Below are positions 11,951 through 20,486 of a stretch of 64,000 nt of DNA, piece by piece; the stretch's first letter is position 1; every line of letters begins with the position of its first letter. The notes beneath the pieces were generated by a model. It saw only the letters and a program-made list of their open reading frames with translations. It did not search any database and was not told the origin of the DNA. The position numbers and the translations under genes are program-made. The stretch covers positions 1,552 through 65,551 of the forward strand of contig JADGBO010000001.1 in NCBI GenBank assembly GCA_015231465.1, written 5' to 3'. Source of the DNA: Desulfamplus sp. (lineage in GTDB: Bacteria > Desulfobacterota > Desulfobacteria > Desulfobacterales > Desulfobacteraceae).

Positions 11951-12862
11951 CTATTTTAGAAAATCCTTGTGTGTAAATACCGGATTTGGGTAGTCATAAA
12001 ATCCTGTGCCGGATTTAACACCCAGCTTTCCTCTATCCACATACTCCTTTAAAAAGGCGGCATTGGCGAGAGCCTGCCCGTCCTTTCTTTTTTGTGCCCA
12101 GAAGCTGGTGACTCTCCATACAGTATCCACACCTATGCTGTCAATCATTCCAAAGGGACCCAATTTGGTATGGAGCACTCCCATCCAGGATCGGTCAATA
12201 TCTTCAATGGAAGCAACCCTGTTGGTTGCCAGCCCCAGTGCGGCACCTATACAGGCCATGAGCATATTGTTGAATACGTAGCCATGGTTTTCCATTTTCA
12301 GTTCAATGGGTATCTGGCCAATTCGGATGGCAAATTCTTTTACCAGCTCAATGGTTTCAGGGCTTGTGCCTGGATGGGGCATAATGTCCACAATTCTGGT
12401 GATTGTAATGTCATGGAAATGGAAGGCACAGAACTTTTCCGGTCGCCCCACTGCATGGGCAAACATGGAAGGCACAAGTGTGGATGTGTTGGTTGTAAAA
12501 ATTGTATGTGGTTTGCACAGGGTATGAAATCCGGCAAAGACTCTGCCCTTCAGATCAGGATCTTCGGGTACAGATTCAATTATCATATCCGCATCACAGG
12601 CTGCTGTTTCAGGATTATCATCAAGGGAGATCAGGGCCATGGCAGTCTCTGTCTCTTCCCGTGTGAACTCACCGGATGCTGTAAGACGTTTAGAGATGGT
12701 TTTCATGCGCTCAAATCCCTTTTCAAGGATATCCATGGAGATGTCGTGCATGGTTACTTCATAACCATGCAGGGCGGAAATCAGGGCAGTCTGCTGTCCC
12801 ATGGTGCCTCCCCCCGCAATTAATATTTTTTTTATATCTTCTATTTTTAAATCAGGCTCCAT
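11951..12862 (-). CDS. 3-hydroxyacyl-CoA dehydrogenase
   Basis: GGGTMG Rossmann motif, ESVPE, TNTST, GKLGVKSGTGFYDY. Confidence 0.92.
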   Translation of the reverse strand: MEPDLKIEDIKKILIAGGGTMGQQTALISALHGYEVTMHDISMDILEKGFERMKTISKRLTASGEFTREETETAMALISLDDNPETAACDADMIIESVPEDPDLKGRVFAGFHTLCKPHTIFTTNTSTLVPSMFAHAVGRPEKFCAFHFHDITITRIVDIMPHPGTSPETIELVKEFAIRIGQIPIELKMENHGYVFNNMLMACIGAALGLATNRVASIEDIDRSWMGVLHTKLGPFGMIDSIGVDTVWRVTSFWAQKRKDGQALANAAFLKEYVDRGKLGVKSGTGFYDYPNPVFTHKDFLK

Positions 12863-12895
12863 TTTTTGCCCCTCTTGTCTTTAAATCTTTTTTTT

Positions 12896-13167
12896 ATAAG
12901 AAAGTCTACCTCACCCCCTGGCCCCCTCTCCATGACTGGAGAGGGGGGAATAGTGAGGACTTTCATGCTTCGCTGTGCCCGAAAGGGCATGGCCGTTTAT
13001 ATGAAAGTCCCCGCAGTTCAAGGGCTTTCATTCCTTCGATTGTGGCGTTACACCGCCATGGCCGTTATATAAAAATCTCCGCAGTTTCAGGACTTTCATT
13101 CCTTCGATTGTGGCGGTACACCGCCATGGCCGTTATATAAAAATCTCCGCAGTTTCAGGACTTTCAT
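12896..13167 (+). repeat. Head-to-tail array of about 3.5 family B units
   Basis: Unit AT(A/G)AAA(G/A)TC-[cargo]-G(A/G)CTTTCAT-(G/TC)CTTCG..TGTG-hairpin-CATGGCCGTT(T)ATA. Confidence 0.85.
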
Positions 13168-13170
13168 CTC

Positions 13171-14289
13171 TTATATTTCCATGAGCATCAATGCCCGTTT
13201 TTCAAGAATTTTAACAGCGTGGATCAGCATCCCGAAACGCTTGTCCCTTGTCAATCCCTGATGGAATCGCTTATAGATCTGCTGGGCAATGACTGCAAGG
13301 CGAAACAGGCCGAAACATTCATAAAAATCAAAGAATTGCATGCTTAGACCGCTCTTTTGACCATATGTTTTTATGATCTCCTCGCGTGTCATTGCACCAT
13401 CCATGTCAGTGGGCATTGTCCTCATCATCTGCCACTGGGGTGGATCGCTCTTTTCCACCCAGTAGGCCAGAGAACTTCCCAGATCCATTAAAGGGTCACC
13501 ACAGGTGGCCATCTCCCAGTCCAGAAGTCCCACGATCTCAACCGGATTGTCCGGATTCAGAACCATGTTGTCAAACTTGTAGTCATTGTGAATAAGGGTG
13601 GGATTTGGGGTATCCGGCTGCATCTTTTCCATGAGCCAGGCAATGACCGTTTCAAAGTCAGGTGCATCCTCTGTCTTGGCGTTGCGATATCTGTCTGTCC
13701 ACCCCTCCACCTGACGTCGGATGTAACCCTGGGGTCTTCCCATGAAATCGCATCCCCTGGAGATGATATCCGTCAAATCCACTCCATGGAGTTTCAGGTG
13801 CATATCAATCATATTATGGCAAAGCTGCCTTGCCTGATCCCTGGAAAATGAGATCCCCGGTGGTGGATCCCTGCGAAGGATAATTCCTGAAAGTTTCTCC
13901 ATTACATAAAAGGGAGCACCCAGTATGGAGGTATCTTCGGAGCAGGCAAGGGGTTTGGGACAGTATGGAAACTGGGGGTATATTAGACTCAGGATCCTGT
14001 ACTCCCTTATCATGTCATGGGCAGTCTTGATTTTTGCCCCCATGGGAGGCCGTCTCAATACCATCTCCCGATCTCCCATTTTCAGAAGATAGGTGAGATT
14101 GGAAAAGCCTCCAGGGTATTGCTCAACACTCAAAGCTCCCCGAACCCCTTTGACATGCTCCCTTAAAAAGGATTCAAGGGCATATGTATCCAGCTCCTCT
14201 CCAGCTCTTACATTTACTGTATTGTCATATGTGCCCGTTTCCTGGTGTGAACTCATGTTTATGTTTCCCTTGTTTTTGCTTGTGTGCAC
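13171..14289 (-). CDS. APH/phosphotransferase-family kinase (ACAD10/11 kinase domain, LvaA-like)
   Basis: GGFSNLTY, LRRPP, AHDMIREY, HNDYKFDN, LLDWEMATCGDPLMDLG; true start may be ATG 14256. Confidence 0.9.
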   Translation of the reverse strand: MHTSKNKGNINMSSHQETGTYDNTVNVRAGEELDTYALESFLREHVKGVRGALSVEQYPGGFSNLTYLLKMGDREMVLRRPPMGAKIKTAHDMIREYRILSLIYPQFPYCPKPLACSEDTSILGAPFYVMEKLSGIILRRDPPPGISFSRDQARQLCHNMIDMHLKLHGVDLTDIISRGCDFMGRPQGYIRRQVEGWTDRYRNAKTEDAPDFETVIAWLMEKMQPDTPNPTLIHNDYKFDNMVLNPDNPVEIVGLLDWEMATCGDPLMDLGSSLAYWVEKSDPPQWQMMRTMPTDMDGAMTREEIIKTYGQKSGLSMQFFDFYECFGLFRLAVIAQQIYKRFHQGLTRDKRFGMLIHAVKILEKRALMLMEI

Positions 14290-14321
14290 TTAAATCTTCC
14301 CAGAAAAAGTATAAACTACTT

Positions 14322-14426
14322 TTAGGAATGGATTTTTAATAATGTGCCCATTCCAGAATAGAGCGCCGTTTAACGGCGGTCTATGTGATTTTTAAAATGG
14401 GTAAGTTGTTTCGGAATCATTCCTTA
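14322..14426. mobile_element. MITE-like element, family A shell with an alternative hairpin cargo
   Basis: TAGGAATGGATTTTTAATAA..GCCCATT / ATGGGTAAGTT.TTTCGGAATCATTCCTTA; its end overlaps the TetR stop codon. Confidence 0.7.
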
Positions 14427-15140
14427 GAGTGATATGAAGGATATCGTAAAATCAATCAGATATTCTGTGTAGGTGTCCACTGTGATGCCACGTTTTTTGT
14501 ATTTCCAGCGTTTCAGATACCAATCCTGTTGCATGGCCTTAATAAGGGATGCTGTCATTACATGGTCCCGTTTGATAAAGATTCCCTCGGTTTCTCCGGC
14601 TTCAAGGATCTCCAGGAGCATATTTTCGGTATACTCTTCCATGGATAATACCGCTTCACGGCCTGTGGGAGTAAGATTTCTGGCTTCCATGAAGGTAAAG
14701 TAAAACCAGGGACGTGCAGACTCACTCAAGAACATGTGTGCCTTTATCAAGGTACGCAGTTGTTCCACTGGATTGGCCTGGGGATCATAAAATTGTCCAA
14801 ATATTTTACGAATCATGGAGTTGCCCTGTTTATGAATGATGGCCAGCAGCTCCTCCTTCCCTGAAAAATATCCGTACAGGGCCCCCAGACTCAATTTGGT
14901 GTGGCAGCTCAGATCCCTCATGGTCATGGCCTGGAAACCCTTTTCATAGGTTATTTCAAATACTGAATTGAATATTTTTTCAAAATTTTTAACTGCAGTT
15001 GCCTCTTTTTTGATCCTTATGGCATCCTGGTTTTCCAGATAGACATCCCGATAGAGGTTTTCCTCCCTGATTTCCAGAATATTTTTGAACTCTGCATAAT
15101 TCATTTTAGATAATGATTTCATTTGTGATAATGACTTCAT
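14424..15140 (-). CDS. TetR/AcrR family transcriptional regulator
   Basis: KGFQAMTMRDLS..LSLGALYGYFSGKEELL helix-turn-helix. Confidence 0.92.
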   Translation of the reverse strand: MKSLSQMKSLSKMNYAEFKNILEIREENLYRDVYLENQDAIRIKKEATAVKNFEKIFNSVFEITYEKGFQAMTMRDLSCHTKLSLGALYGYFSGKEELLAIIHKQGNSMIRKIFGQFYDPQANPVEQLRTLIKAHMFLSESARPWFYFTFMEARNLTPTGREAVLSMEEYTENMLLEILEAGETEGIFIKRDHVMTASLIKAMQQDWYLKRWKYKKRGITVDTYTEYLIDFTISFISL

Positions 15141-15233
15141 TTGTGATGAGTATTTCCGTGATGATGAGTGTTTCTGTTGTGATTAGAATTTCAATTTTAA
15201 TAAAGCTTTCAATTATGACAGGTATTCCATTTG

Positions 15234-15426
15234 CTCAATAGTCTTAAGTTCTCAAATTTACCACTATAGATTTCCAGATAAATAATTTGCAGAACCTTGG
15301 CTTGAAGGCCGCAAACAGGGGGCTTTGGTCGCCAATTTTGTTTTCTGGAATAGTATATATATTGTGGTCGTAACTTACTACAAATACTATCTGCTGTAGC
15401 AATTCAGAGAACTTATGACTGACGAG
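15234..15426. mobile_element. Family C element with a nested family D element (15265..15357)
   Basis: C ends CTC..AGTC.TAAGTTCTC / GAGAACTTATGACT..GAG; D ends TATAGATTTCCAGA / TCTGGAATAGTATA; this D copy matches 23328..23416. Confidence 0.8.
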
Positions 15427-15456
15427 CATTTGGATAAAGCTTTCAAATCTATGGTT

Positions 15457-16218
15457 TCAAACCTGTGTATCAGGAGTTGTCTTGCTCATGGCAAATGCCA
15501 TCATCATCTGATTTCTGTCCTCCAGATGAATTGCGGCTTCAAGGCCACCGGCATCAATATTGATATTTATGGCCTCTTTGGTCATCTTTATGCCGAGGGG
15601 GTTTTTTCCCAGCATCACATCTGCAAGCTCGGTGGCTGTTTCCATCATCTTTTCCTTCGGCATTAGACGGCTTGCAAATCCAAGTTTCATGGCCTCTTCA
15701 TCCTCCATCCAGTTGCCTGTGAGCAGAAATTCATTGGCCCTCCCCGACCCGATGAGTCTTGGCAGAAAATAACTGGATGCCATGTCAGCACCCCCAAGGC
15801 CGATGTTGATATATGCGGCTGAAAATTTTGCACCATGTGCGATAATGCGGATATCCGATGCCATGGCAAGGGAGAATCCAATCCCTGCAGCAGCTCCGTG
15901 AATGCAGCAGATGACTGGCTGGGGAATCCTTCGCAGTCCCAGCATTAGTCTGGACATCCTGGCCTGGGCATTGTAGGCATCCCCTGGGGCCATGCTGAAG
16001 ATCTCCGGACCAAAGGTCTGCATGTCCAGCCCCGCACAAAATCCCTTTGCCCTGCCTCCATCCAGGATGATTACACCTACGCTGTTGTCATGCATTCGCT
16101 CACTTATGAAGGTTTCAAACTCTTCAACCATTTTTTCATCAAACGCGTTGTACTTATCTGGTCTGTTCAAAGTGAGGTAACCGATTCTTCCGCTTTTTTT
16201 AAAAATAAGACTATCCAT
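15457..16218 (-). CDS. Enoyl-CoA hydratase/isomerase
   Basis: LTLNRPDKYNA, FCAGLD, PVICCIHGAAAGIG, ASDIR; AGGAGA RBS before ATG 16218. Confidence 0.92.
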   Translation of the reverse strand: MDSLIFKKSGRIGYLTLNRPDKYNAFDEKMVEEFETFISERMHDNSVGVIILDGGRAKGFCAGLDMQTFGPEIFSMAPGDAYNAQARMSRLMLGLRRIPQPVICCIHGAAAGIGFSLAMASDIRIIAHGAKFSAAYINIGLGGADMASSYFLPRLIGSGRANEFLLTGNWMEDEEAMKLGFASRLMPKEKMMETATELADVMLGKNPLGIKMTKEAININIDAGGLEAAIHLEDRNQMMMAFAMSKTTPDTQV

Positions 16219-16291
16219 TATTTCTCCTGATTCTATTCTCATGTTATGGATTTATGAGTCACAACAGAGGGGGCTATATTTTAACTGTAAC

Positions 16292-17491
16292 TTATTTGCC
16301 CTGATACTGTTTTAAAATCCGTTTGGCAAGCGCTGTTTTATGAACCTCATCTGCACCGTCATAAATGCGGGCTGCCCGTTCGTGGCTGTAAAAAAATGCA
16401 AGTATGGTATCGTCTGTCATGCCGAGTCCGCCATGTACCTGGAGGGCTCTATCCACAACCCTGTTCATGGTGTTGGCCACAACAAATTTTATTTTGGAGA
16501 TGGCATCCCTTGCCTTAGATGGGCCCACATTGTCGATCTGCCAGGCTGCATGGAGTGTCATTAGCCTTGCAGCTTCGATTTCAGCGGCGGATTCTGCAAC
16601 CCAGTTCTGGATGGTTTGACGTGTTGCAAGGGTTTTGCCGTCCGGTGAGATTACCCGTTGATTGGCCCGGCTGCACATGAGGTCAAAGGCCCTGGAGCAG
16701 ATGCCCAGCCATCTCATGCAGTGGTGAATACGTCCCGGACCCAGGCGATCCTGGGCCATGACAAATCCCTGTCCTTCCCGTCCCAGTAGATTGGTCAAGG
16801 GAACCCGGCAGGATTGATACATGATTTCGCCGTGGCTGAAGTAGTCATCACCTTGATGGCCCATTACAGGAATGTTTCTCACCAAGTTAAATCCAGGAGT
16901 ATCCGTGGGAACGATAATCATGCTTGCCTGGAGGTAGGTGGATGCCTGGGGATTGGTAACTGCCATGACAATTGCAAACTGGGAGCCGTGGGCAGCAGTG
17001 GTGTACCATTTATGGCCGTTTATAATATACCCATCTCCCTGTTTCACAGCAGTGGTTTCAAGCATTACAGGGTTGGAGCCCGGCATATCAACTTCAGTCA
17101 TGGAGAAGCAGCTTCGGATTTTTCCCTGTACCAGAGGTTTGAGATATATCTCCTTTTGCTCATCACTGCCATATTCGTGGAGTATCTCCACATTTCCGGA
17201 ATCTGGTGCCTGACACCAGAATACATAATGCCCAAGGGGAGATCTGCCCAAAGCTTCCGATACAAGACCATGCTCCACAAGACTTAACCCCATACCCCCG
17301 CACTCTACAGGAAAATTGGGAGCCCACAGCTCCATCTTTTTCACCATGGCCTGTTTTTCTTTTATCACCGGCAACAGATCACTGAATTTTTTTGTTAAAA
17401 ACTCAGGTTCCAGGGGGATAATCTCCCTGTCCATAAACTCGTTTATCATCTCCACGATTACACTTATTTTTTCAGATACCTGGAAATCCAT
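16292..17491 (-). CDS. Acyl-CoA dehydrogenase, ACAD10/11 (LvaC-like) subfamily
   Basis: CQAPDSGNVEILH, SCFSMTE, QDRLGPGRIHHCMR, RIYDGADEVH. Confidence 0.92.
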   Translation of the reverse strand: MDFQVSEKISVIVEMINEFMDREIIPLEPEFLTKKFSDLLPVIKEKQAMVKKMELWAPNFPVECGGMGLSLVEHGLVSEALGRSPLGHYVFWCQAPDSGNVEILHEYGSDEQKEIYLKPLVQGKIRSCFSMTEVDMPGSNPVMLETTAVKQGDGYIINGHKWYTTAAHGSQFAIVMAVTNPQASTYLQASMIIVPTDTPGFNLVRNIPVMGHQGDDYFSHGEIMYQSCRVPLTNLLGREGQGFVMAQDRLGPGRIHHCMRWLGICSRAFDLMCSRANQRVISPDGKTLATRQTIQNWVAESAAEIEAARLMTLHAAWQIDNVGPSKARDAISKIKFVVANTMNRVVDRALQVHGGLGMTDDTILAFFYSHERAARIYDGADEVHKTALAKRILKQYQGK

Positions 17492-17599
17492 ACTTTTTTA
17501 TTTACTCCTTATTTTAGGTTACCCATACGGCAAATGGAGTACTGTCATCTTTTAGTTGTGGCGGTGAAACGCCATGGCCGTTATACTAAACTATAATAA

Positions 17600-17655
17600 A
17601 GATTACAGACAAAAAATATGGGTGTCAATAAAATAAATGAACGTTCGTTCGTTTT
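17600..17655 (-). promoter_or_regulatory. Promoter and candidate TetR operator for the acyl-CoA cluster
   Basis: TTGACA-17-TAATCT on the minus strand (17600..17628); near-palindrome AAATGAACG-TT-CGTTCGTTT just upstream of the -35. Confidence 0.55.
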
Positions 17656-17679
17656 TTTGAGTGGTCTATAATATTTTTT

Positions 17680-17840
17680 TATAAAAAAGTCTACCTCACC
17701 CCCTGGCCCCCTCTCCATGACTGGAGAGGGGGAATAGTACCGACTTTCATGCTTCGTTGTGCCCGAAAGGGCATGGCCGTTATAAGAAAGTCTACCTCAC
17801 CCCCGACACCCTCTCCATGAGTGGAGGCCGGGGGTGGGGT
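17680..17840 (+). repeat. Family B unit with CCCCTCTCC..GGAGAGGGG cargo, plus a second partial unit
   Basis: Near-identical to 12896..13000. Confidence 0.88.
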
Positions 17841-17911
17841 TACATTTCTACCCGACAGTTTGAACTTGAAGAAGCACTATATTAAGGTGTCGACTTTGAG
17901 TTACTCTGGTT

Positions 17912-18484
17912 TCAACCATGATGTCTTTTTTCATATGCCTTTTCAAATGTACTTATGGATACCTCATATCCAAAACCCCTGTTTTTAAGGAAGTTCATCA
18001 CTTTTTTTTTGAATTTATCATCATCGCATGACTGCCATGTGCGAAGTTTGGATTCAACTCCATGCCATGCAGACCTGAACTCGTCAATGTCCACGAGACT
18101 CTCTTCAATGATGGTGCTGTCTATGCCCTTTTTTTTGAGTTCAAATTTCAGGGCAAATCTGGATTTTGGATTTAAGCGTTCCCTATGTTCCACAAACTGG
18201 GCTGCAAAGGCCCTGTCATCAAGTAGTTTTTCACGTATCAGTCTGTTTATGGTATCCACAAGGATATTCTCGTCAAACCCTTTTTTTACAAGATACTCCC
18301 TCATCTCATTGACACTCCTTGCCCTTGGGGCCAGAAATCCAATGGACAGATTGTAGGCATGGGCGGAATTTATTCCGGAATCCATTCCATGGGCAGTATT
18401 TCCGGTGAAACCATTTTTCTGATTTGAATCTCTCCCTTCTCTCACTGTTCTCCTCCGAATCAATGGCAGAGCTTGCTGTGACAT
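17912..18484 (-). CDS. recX: Regulatory protein RecX
   Basis: FLAPRARSVNEMREYL, LLDDRAFA, ELKKKGI, FLKNRGF. Confidence 0.88.
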   Translation of the reverse strand: MSQQALPLIRRRTVREGRDSNQKNGFTGNTAHGMDSGINSAHAYNLSIGFLAPRARSVNEMREYLVKKGFDENILVDTINRLIREKLLDDRAFAAQFVEHRERLNPKSRFALKFELKKKGIDSTIIEESLVDIDEFRSAWHGVESKLRTWQSCDDDKFKKKVMNFLKNRGFGYEVSISTFEKAYEKRHHG

Positions 18485-18485
18485 C

Positions 18486-19601
18486 CTATCCCTGGACTTG
18501 ATCTCTGCTCAATGTGGTGGTACGCCACTGTATATTGAGACAAGCCAGTTCCTCCTGCCCCCTATCCCTGATGATGACATGGCGTGTCAAAGGATGGGAG
18601 GAATCCGGCTGGAGCCAAAGCTCTGTTTTTGACACAATGGCATCACCATATAATGCCTCCTTTTGAAAAATCACATCAATGGTCATGGGAGAGTACTTGG
18701 AAAGAATATCTTCTGGAACGGTCTCCACTGCCCACTCCACAAAGATGGCATTATTAACATGACCGTTGAGATCCAGATCATGCATCCTCACATTAAAAGT
18801 TAACTGAAAATTGGTTTTCAATGGAGGCACAATGTCCGGAAAGTCATATTGGTAATCAATTGCATAGTCATTCCCATGGTTCTGTTCGATGACATGGTTC
18901 TGTTTGATGTCGTAGTTATCTTCAATGCAATGGCTTGAGCGTGCCATGAGATTAACTTTGTGACGGCAGGGATCATTATCCTGGGAATTGATACCATGGT
19001 TGTGCAGGCTCAGATCATACTTCCGGTGATGCGTGGGAGCAGGCTGGATAAACGCCGGAGTCTGGTCAGGGAATTGCTCATGCTCCAAAATGGGCAGATC
19101 AATGGGAAGGCAGCGGTCTCCGATACTCTGGCACAGGTCTTCAAAACGATTCTGGGAAAGGGGTGTGCACATATCCTCATCCATGAACCTGCTCAGTCTC
19201 ACTGGTTTGCCGGTATCCCTGTTTATCATTACCCAGCGAACTCTGGCCCTTATGGCCGGTGAATGGAGTGCATAGCCGCTGGTGCTGATGTTTTTCTGAA
19301 TGCAGATGGTAAGATTGCGCATCTCATATAATTTTTGGTGGGGATAACGGAAGGTTCTTATGGATATGGGCTGCTGCCAGAATGGATGGTGGTGGATATC
19401 AATGTGATATCTGTGGATAACCCAGGCAAGATTCTCCCTGGCCAGATCAATACCTGACACCCCAAGGAGGGATGCGTGTTCGGATGCTGTATCCTGAAGA
19501 AAATTCATGATACTCACAATTTTAAGATTTCCCCTGTAATCAATGGCTGAATAACCTATGGTCATTTTTTTTTTGTGGATAACACGGGTTGAAGATATCA
19601 T
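18486..19601 (-). CDS. Acyl-ACP thioesterase (double hot-dog) with a long internal insert
   Basis: MNFLQDTASEHA, AWVI, VRMHDLDLNGHVNNA. Confidence 0.85.
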   Translation of the reverse strand: MISSTRVIHKKKMTIGYSAIDYRGNLKIVSIMNFLQDTASEHASLLGVSGIDLARENLAWVIHRYHIDIHHHPFWQQPISIRTFRYPHQKLYEMRNLTICIQKNISTSGYALHSPAIRARVRWVMINRDTGKPVRLSRFMDEDMCTPLSQNRFEDLCQSIGDRCLPIDLPILEHEQFPDQTPAFIQPAPTHHRKYDLSLHNHGINSQDNDPCRHKVNLMARSSHCIEDNYDIKQNHVIEQNHGNDYAIDYQYDFPDIVPPLKTNFQLTFNVRMHDLDLNGHVNNAIFVEWAVETVPEDILSKYSPMTIDVIFQKEALYGDAIVSKTELWLQPDSSHPLTRHVIIRDRGQEELACLNIQWRTTTLSRDQVQG

Positions 19602-19948
19602 GATTTTAAATCCTTCAGTGTTACTACTTCAATGGCATGGTATGCAGGCTCTTCGTAGGGGTGGGAGCAAACAAGGGAATTGAGTACGGATTTCAAATTC
19701 TCTTTTTCACACACCATTTCAACTTTAAATTCTTCGACCTGTTCAATTTTGTCTTTGGTACCTGTGAATGGTGAGCTGCCCTTGAGGGGACGGAACTGTC
19801 CATGGCCCTGGGTCTGCCAGCAGCAGTTGTCATATTTTCCTATCTTACCTGCACCTGAGTTGAACATGGCTGTTTTCACTGAATCAAGGGCTGTTGCGGG
19901 CACGTAAAATGAGATCATATACACGATGTAATCCTTTGGGTGTTTCAT
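19598..19948 (-). CDS. Small NIF3/YqfO-like protein
   Basis: FYVP, GAGKIGKYDNC, GQFRPL, HPYEEPAY. Confidence 0.88.
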   Translation of the reverse strand: MKHPKDYIVYMISFYVPATALDSVKTAMFNSGAGKIGKYDNCCWQTQGHGQFRPLKGSSPFTGTKDKIEQVEEFKVEMVCEKENLKSVLNSLVCSHPYEEPAYHAIEVVTLKDLKS

Positions 19949-19979
19949 TTTATAATAGATGGCTGGTTGTTTGTAAATT

Positions 19980-20091
19980 GTAAGTATTCGGTAAAACCCG
20001 TTTTTCATACAATATATCGTTGTGTAACTTTGATTTTTAACACATCAACACAACATATCCTCTTCTAATACTTCGTTTACCGAATGTTTAC
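19980..20091. mobile_element. MITE-like element, family E
   Basis: TIR GTAAGTATTCGGTAAA / TTTACCGAATGTTTAC. Confidence 0.75.
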
Positions 20092-20486
20092 GGTAAATTT
20101 TAGATTCTCTTTTTTGAATCAATTGTTTGTACAGTTTTTAATAATGTTGAAAAAAGAATACACAAGATTTACTTCGAATTTTAAAAATGATATTTTAATC
20201 AAAAATTAATTTAAACTTAGGAGACCTTATTATAGTGCCATGAATGAAAAGACTATTTCAAGAAATTTCAGAAAGCCATTCGATTTTAATATTTTGAACG
20301 ATCTACTGATTTCTGAAACCATCCCTAAAACAAATAGAAAAATGGCAGCCATTTATACTCCGTATGTCCATAAAATTTAAAAATAGAGTTGCGACATTGA
20401 CAAGTTTTGAAGTGGAGTAGCAGACAGTTCTCAAATCGGAAGTCATCTATTACCAGAATGGAATAAATTTACAGGAATTTTTTAAC

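Noticed and set aside
12866-13072. Short ORFs such as 12866..13072, 23052..23246, 49917..50102, 15244..15429, 23325..23579 and the 60752 N-terminal extension
   Set aside because: These are translations of the repeat elements, not independent genes.
12896-13167. CRISPR or integron cassette array
   Set aside because: Inserts are self-complementary and recur, units are degenerate, and there are no cas/intI genes or cassette ORFs.
20240-20380. 46-aa ORF upstream of the PRTase fusion
   Set aside because: AT-rich, the SD is too far from the ATG, and there is no recognisable motif.
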